From Candidatus Hydrothermarchaeales archaeon (GTDB taxonomy: Archaea > Hydrothermarchaeota > Hydrothermarchaeia > Hydrothermarchaeales > JAZGAD01), in contig JAZGAD010000014.1 of NCBI GenBank assembly GCA_036444275.1, positions 1 through 64,000 of the forward strand: a stretch of DNA of 64,000 bases. The letters run 5' to 3'. The position numbers and the translations under genes were made by a program. How positions within the stretch are numbered: position 1 is the first letter of the stretch; each line of letters starts with the position of its first letter. Below are positions 60,277 through 64,000 of this stretch, in pieces. Under the pieces are notes generated by a model that worked only from the letters and a program-made list of their open reading frames with translations, was not told where the DNA came from and ran no database searches.

Positions 60277-62334
60277 ATGGTTCGACTAAAGGAAAAGATC
60301 AGATCTGTCATCCGCCGCAAGGAAAAGGACTATGGGGAACCATATATCGAGGAGGACTACGGCCTTCCACCCGGATTCGAGGATGATGTAGGGATCGAGG
60401 AGTCGGAAGGCGAATATGTGCTCTTAAAGATCTTTGAAAGAGAGAGCCCTGATATTGGATTCTCATACGCTGCAAACAAGATCGAGGAGTTAAAAAAGGA
60501 TATATCCGCTCTTAAGGCAGAAGCGGATTCACTATCAGGGGTAAACGCCACGCTGAGGGTGGATCTGGAGAGGCTTCTCCCCCTAAAGGGGGCGCTGGAC
60601 GAGCTGAGAAAAGACATAGAAGAGAAGGACGATGTAATCTTTGCGAAGAACCTAGACATAAAGAAAGTGAATAAAGCCCTCGATCGCATGCAGGTAGAAG
60701 TAAGCGAACTAAGGAGGGAGTTGAAAGATAGGGAGCGGTTGCTGGAGAGGGGTAATAAACGGCTGAAGCAGATGGAGGATACGACTCGGCTGGATGAGTT
60801 GGAGGCAGAGCTCAGCGAGCTCAGGGTGACTGTTACGGAGCAGAAGGATACCCTCGCTATAAAGAGTTCTCAGGCAGAGGAATTCAAGCAGATGGCAGCT
60901 GCCCAAGATGAGGAGCTGAACACCATAAAGGCTACTTGGTGGCAGCAGGGCAAGGAATTAAAGAAGATGAAGATAGAGCTGGAGGAGAAGACGGGCATCC
61001 TATCCTCGAAGGAGGGCTTGATAGAGGAGTTGACAAAGAAAACTACGTCCCTCAACGAGGTATTGGAGAGTATGCGGCAAGATGTGGCTGATAGAGAAAA
61101 GAGGCTCTCTACGTTTGGGGACCACATATCCGATGCAGAGAACCAGCAGAAGAGGCTGGAGAAAGAGCTTCGAGAAAAGGAGGAGGTTATAGGTAAAATC
61201 ACTAACAATTTAGGCAGAGCTGAGTCTCGGGTAGATGATTTGAGGAGCCAGCTAGAGGAGAGGGATTTGCAGCTGCAAGGGACTACGAAGAGGGTCAGAG
61301 AGCTTGAGGATACGGATAGATTCGAGGATTTAGAGGCCGAGCTTAGCAAGTTGAAGGTGACTGTTGAGGGGCAGAAGGATACCCTATCTTTAAAGACTTC
61401 GGAGGTTGAAGACTTGAAGCAGGCTGCAGCTGCCCAGGAGGACGAGCTGAGCACCATAAAGGCTACTTGGTGGCAGCAGGGCAAGGAATCAAAGAAGATG
61501 AAGATAGAGCTGGAGGAAAAGACGAGTATCCTCTCTTCAAAGGAGGCATTGGTAGAAGAGTTGAAGAAGAAATCTGCGTCCCTCAGCGAGCTCTTGGAGA
61601 GTATGAAGAGGGATGTAACTAACAAAGAGGACAGGGTAGAGGAATACGAGGATAGGATCGGCCGTCTACACGGTAAAATAGGCGCCTTAAGGTCAGCTAT
61701 AGGTATCGAAGAAGGGCAAAGAAAGAGCTTGAGTAAGAGATTATTTGGTGGTAAGAAGGAACTCACATTGGAGGACGAGTTAGACCTCCTGACAGAGGAT
61801 ATAACCGTAAATCAGGGCAGGGTCGTCGGCTATGACAAGAAGGTATCAGACTTAGAGATCCAGGTAGAGAGACAGAAAAAAGCCTTGGAGGAAAAGGAGG
61901 GGACCATCTCTGCAAAGACCAGCGAGATAGAAAAACTCTTGGATGTTTCCTCCTCCCTGAAGCAGGAATTAAGAGAATTAAGGGAGAAGACACCTGTGGA
62001 AGGTACCAAAGAGGTAGACGCGAAGGAGGCGGCCTCCCTAAGGCTAGCAAAATTGAAAAGAACAGTTGAGGGCGGACCCGAGGAAATAATCGAGGAAAAA
62101 CCTGTAATGGGGGAAAGGGAAAGACTAGAGGAAGCTGAAAAGGAAGCGGAGAAGTTAAAGATCAAAAAAGAATTAAGAATGCTGGAAATTGAGAAGAAAT
62201 CGACCGAAAAATTATTGGAGAGGCTTCCAACTGCTAGTTTTGATGAAACAGAACGCAGTATGAGGGAAGCGAGCTATACGGAGAAGCTGACGAATATATC
62301 CCGCAGTATCGAGGAATTGAGAGAAAGGCTGTGA
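60277..62334 (+). CDS. Long coiled-coil protein with an internal 177-aa repeat
   Basis: Heptad-rich throughout; TIKATWWQQGKE.KKMKIELEEKT occurs twice, 531 nt apart; no Walker A, so not a full SMC protein. Confidence 0.85.
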   Translation: MVRLKEKIRSVIRRKEKDYGEPYIEEDYGLPPGFEDDVGIEESEGEYVLLKIFERESPDIGFSYAANKIEELKKDISALKAEADSLSGVNATLRVDLERLLPLKGALDELRKDIEEKDDVIFAKNLDIKKVNKALDRMQVEVSELRRELKDRERLLERGNKRLKQMEDTTRLDELEAELSELRVTVTEQKDTLAIKSSQAEEFKQMAAAQDEELNTIKATWWQQGKELKKMKIELEEKTGILSSKEGLIEELTKKTTSLNEVLESMRQDVADREKRLSTFGDHISDAENQQKRLEKELREKEEVIGKITNNLGRAESRVDDLRSQLEERDLQLQGTTKRVRELEDTDRFEDLEAELSKLKVTVEGQKDTLSLKTSEVEDLKQAAAAQEDELSTIKATWWQQGKESKKMKIELEEKTSILSSKEALVEELKKKSASLSELLESMKRDVTNKEDRVEEYEDRIGRLHGKIGALRSAIGIEEGQRKSLSKRLFGGKKELTLEDELDLLTEDITVNQGRVVGYDKKVSDLEIQVERQKKALEEKEGTISAKTSEIEKLLDVSSSLKQELRELREKTPVEGTKEVDAKEAASLRLAKLKRTVEGGPEEIIEEKPVMGERERLEEAEKEAEKLKIKKELRMLEIEKKSTEKLLERLPTASFDETERSMREASYTEKLTNISRSIEELRERL

Positions 62335-62489
62335 AGCTAACTGACACCGTATTGTTGGCACTTTTTTAGGGTCTAAGTCTAATGAGGGTACGGGGGAAGT
62401 ACATAGCATGCATTCTACTTTACTTACTACCTCGTCTCCCCTAGGTCAGAGCTTTCGAATTGAATCGAAGACTAAGACGCTTCAAATTC

Positions 62490-62882
62490 TTAGCTTATAT
62501 ACTCTGGGGCTGCGTTTCGCTGTGTCCAACCCAAGGTCAGCGTTTTGAATTCTTCCCTCTTCTCCTGTAGTTTCTGCCGTATCTCTATCTCTAGTTGGTC
62601 TAAGGCGTCGCTGTCAAGCCTCATAATCTCTTGGATCTCCGGGCCAGCAGTTTCTGGGAGTTCTAGGTCCAATTTCTTCGCAAGCGTTTTGAATTCTTCC
62701 CTCTTTCCTTGTAGTTTTTGCCGGATCTCTACTTGTAGGTCGTCTAGTGCGTCGCTGTCAAGCCTCCTAGCTCTAGATATACTTTGGTCCCTCAGTCCTA
62801 GGTCTCCTCTATCGAAGGCAAAGAGGTCACCAGTTTTTCCCTGGTAGAGCAAGCCTTCTCCAAAGTTTCCAAACTCTATCAT
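62490..62882 (-). CDS. Hypothetical protein with a 48-aa internal repeat
   Basis: RLDSDALD.L..EIRQKLQ.KREEFKTL occurs twice (144-nt offset); start overlaps the upstream stop (ATGA). Confidence 0.65.
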   Translation of the reverse strand: MIEFGNFGEGLLYQGKTGDLFAFDRGDLGLRDQSISRARRLDSDALDDLQVEIRQKLQGKREEFKTLAKKLDLELPETAGPEIQEIMRLDSDALDQLEIEIRQKLQEKREEFKTLTLGWTQRNAAPEYIS

Positions 62883-63034
62883 TTCTCGTCCTCCTTTAAT
62901 TTTTTCGTATACGCTTCTAATGCCGCATCTACCACCATTCTTTGGGTAACAGTCTTGCCGGTTCGCAGTTGCATCTTCCCTACCAATCTCCTGATGGTTT
63001 CCGCTGTCCGTGTGCCGATCGTAATCGTAGTCAT
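62879..63034 (-). CDS. Small putative ribbon-helix-helix-like DNA-binding protein
   Basis: MTTITIGTRTAETIRRL...VTQRMVVDAALEAY strand-helix-helix pattern; alternative start at 63067. Confidence 0.55.
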   Translation of the reverse strand: MTTITIGTRTAETIRRLVGKMQLRTGKTVTQRMVVDAALEAYTKKLKEDEK

Positions 63035-63276
63035 CGGCTCTCGATGCGGTCCTGTTAAGACTTTCATGTTCCAGCCTCTAAATGTATTAAATTAATTTAA
63101 TTAAAGAGGGCATCAAGGGTGCTTATATATAGCTTATGGTCCAGCCGGCCGGCTAGTTTGGTACATTGTAGCTCACTCCAATTGCGACAAAATAAAACCA
63201 ACACTAATACAGCAATTCGAACAGTAGAGCGACAAGTAAAGGTATAGGCCAACAACACAGAAGGTGTCCTCAAAAT

Positions 63277-63570
63277 TTGGGGGTGTATAATAAAAAAGAT
63301 GAGAGTATAAAAGCATTCAAACGAAATCAAGTTTTCGTTGCCATTCCGTACGGCAAACGATGGGGTATCGAGACCAGCCTGCATGAAGAAGTGGCTCAAG
63401 ACAAGGACGGCCCTAAAGAACTATCAGGTACGCCTATTTTTTTCCCCTTCTCAGTCGTTTTGTATAATTTGTGGGTGCTAATTAATGCATTTGTAGAGGC
63501 ATTCATATTCAAAAGGGCGCTAAGGAAGCCATGTCTCACTGCTACGATGTTTGAGGATGATCCTGATTAG
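63277..63570 (+). pseudogene. Transposase remnant (IS4 superfamily, ISH3-like C-terminal part)
   Basis: YGKRWGIETS (Y-2-R-3-E, YREK-like motif) followed by FSVVLYNLWVLIN; far too short for a complete transposase. Confidence 0.65.
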
Positions 63571-63612
63571 CTCTGGTTTCTACATTGATGATAGTGGATG
63601 GTAAAAATTAAT

Positions 63613-63999
63613 TTAGATTTCGAGTTGAGGGTATTTTTCCTTGAACTTCTGTTTCAACTCTTTCGCCTTATCGAGTTTATTCTGATTAGTGTAAATCTCT
63701 AAGGCATAGGGTAAATCAATCTTGATTACATCCAAAAATCCATTGGGGTATGCAAGTTCCAGTGATTTCTCGTACCATTGTATTGCTTTGTCGGGTTCGC
63801 CTTTTATACTGTAGAGGTTTCCTAGGTTGGTGTAGTCTTTTGCGATGCTTTCTTTTCTTTCTAGTTCTTCATTGATTTTTAGTGATTTCTCGTACCATTG
63901 TATTGCTTTGTCTAAGTTATCTGTTATTCTGTAGAGGTTTCCTAGGTTGGTGTAGTCTTTTGCGATGCTTTCTTTTCTTTCTAGTTCTTCATTGATCAT
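63613..63999 (-). CDS. Tetratricopeptide-repeat protein, C-terminal part (5' end outside the window)
   Basis: AKDYTNLGNLY...DKAIQWYEKSL repeats; near-identical 120-nt direct repeat (63761 onward vs 63881 onward). Confidence 0.9.
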   Translation of the reverse strand: MINEELERKESIAKDYTNLGNLYRITDNLDKAIQWYEKSLKINEELERKESIAKDYTNLGNLYSIKGEPDKAIQWYEKSLELAYPNGFLDVIKIDLPYALEIYTNQNKLDKAKELKQKFKEKYPQLEI

Positions 64000-64000
64000 T

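Noticed and set aside
58544-61766. Ser/Phe/Leu-rich minus-strand ORFs of about 300 aa
   Set aside because: Antisense mirror of the Glu/Lys-rich coiled-coil genes.
60277-62334. SMC/Rad50 chromosome protein
   Set aside because: No Walker A/B, signature motif, hinge or zinc hook; coiled coil only.
1-64000. tRNA/rRNA genes, integrase or provirus
   Set aside because: None recognised by eye in the intergenic regions; tRNAscan-SE and Infernal would be needed to exclude small RNAs.

Overview
Archaeal genomic window (class I CCA-adding enzyme, Lrp, KaiC/RAD55-like ATPases, TATA-type promoters); the exact lineage cannot be fixed from the sequence alone. 1-13 kb is mostly housekeeping: the end of a chemotaxis receptor, cca, an uncharacterised nucleotidyltransferase, thpR, an AAA ATPase, Lrp, two tandem class II ribonucleotide reductases and a degenerate NrdD-like protein. 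13-62 kb is a large divergent cell-surface locus. The rightward operon encodes a small wHTH protein, an 11,078-aa protein and two coiled-coil proteins. The giant protein has an N-terminal signal sequence, about 23 repeats of a Cys/Asn-rich beta-sandwich-like module, one transmembrane helix and a C-terminal HerA/FtsK/VirB4-like (DUF87-type) ATPase. The leftward cluster encodes a 1,842-aa membrane-anchored surface protein, two KaiC-like ATPases, a KaiC-like/MglA-type small GTPase fusion, a Roadblock/LC7 protein and a V4R-like protein. Between the two arms lie a PAS membrane protein, a VapBC-type TA pair and an AT-rich region with ORB-like motifs. The window ends with a small gene pair, a transposase remnant and a partial TPR gene. 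The best candidate for an undescribed system is the giant surface-protein/ATPase fusion together with its GTPase/KaiC/coiled-coil neighbours. All domain calls are from motif recognition by eye; no database searches were run.
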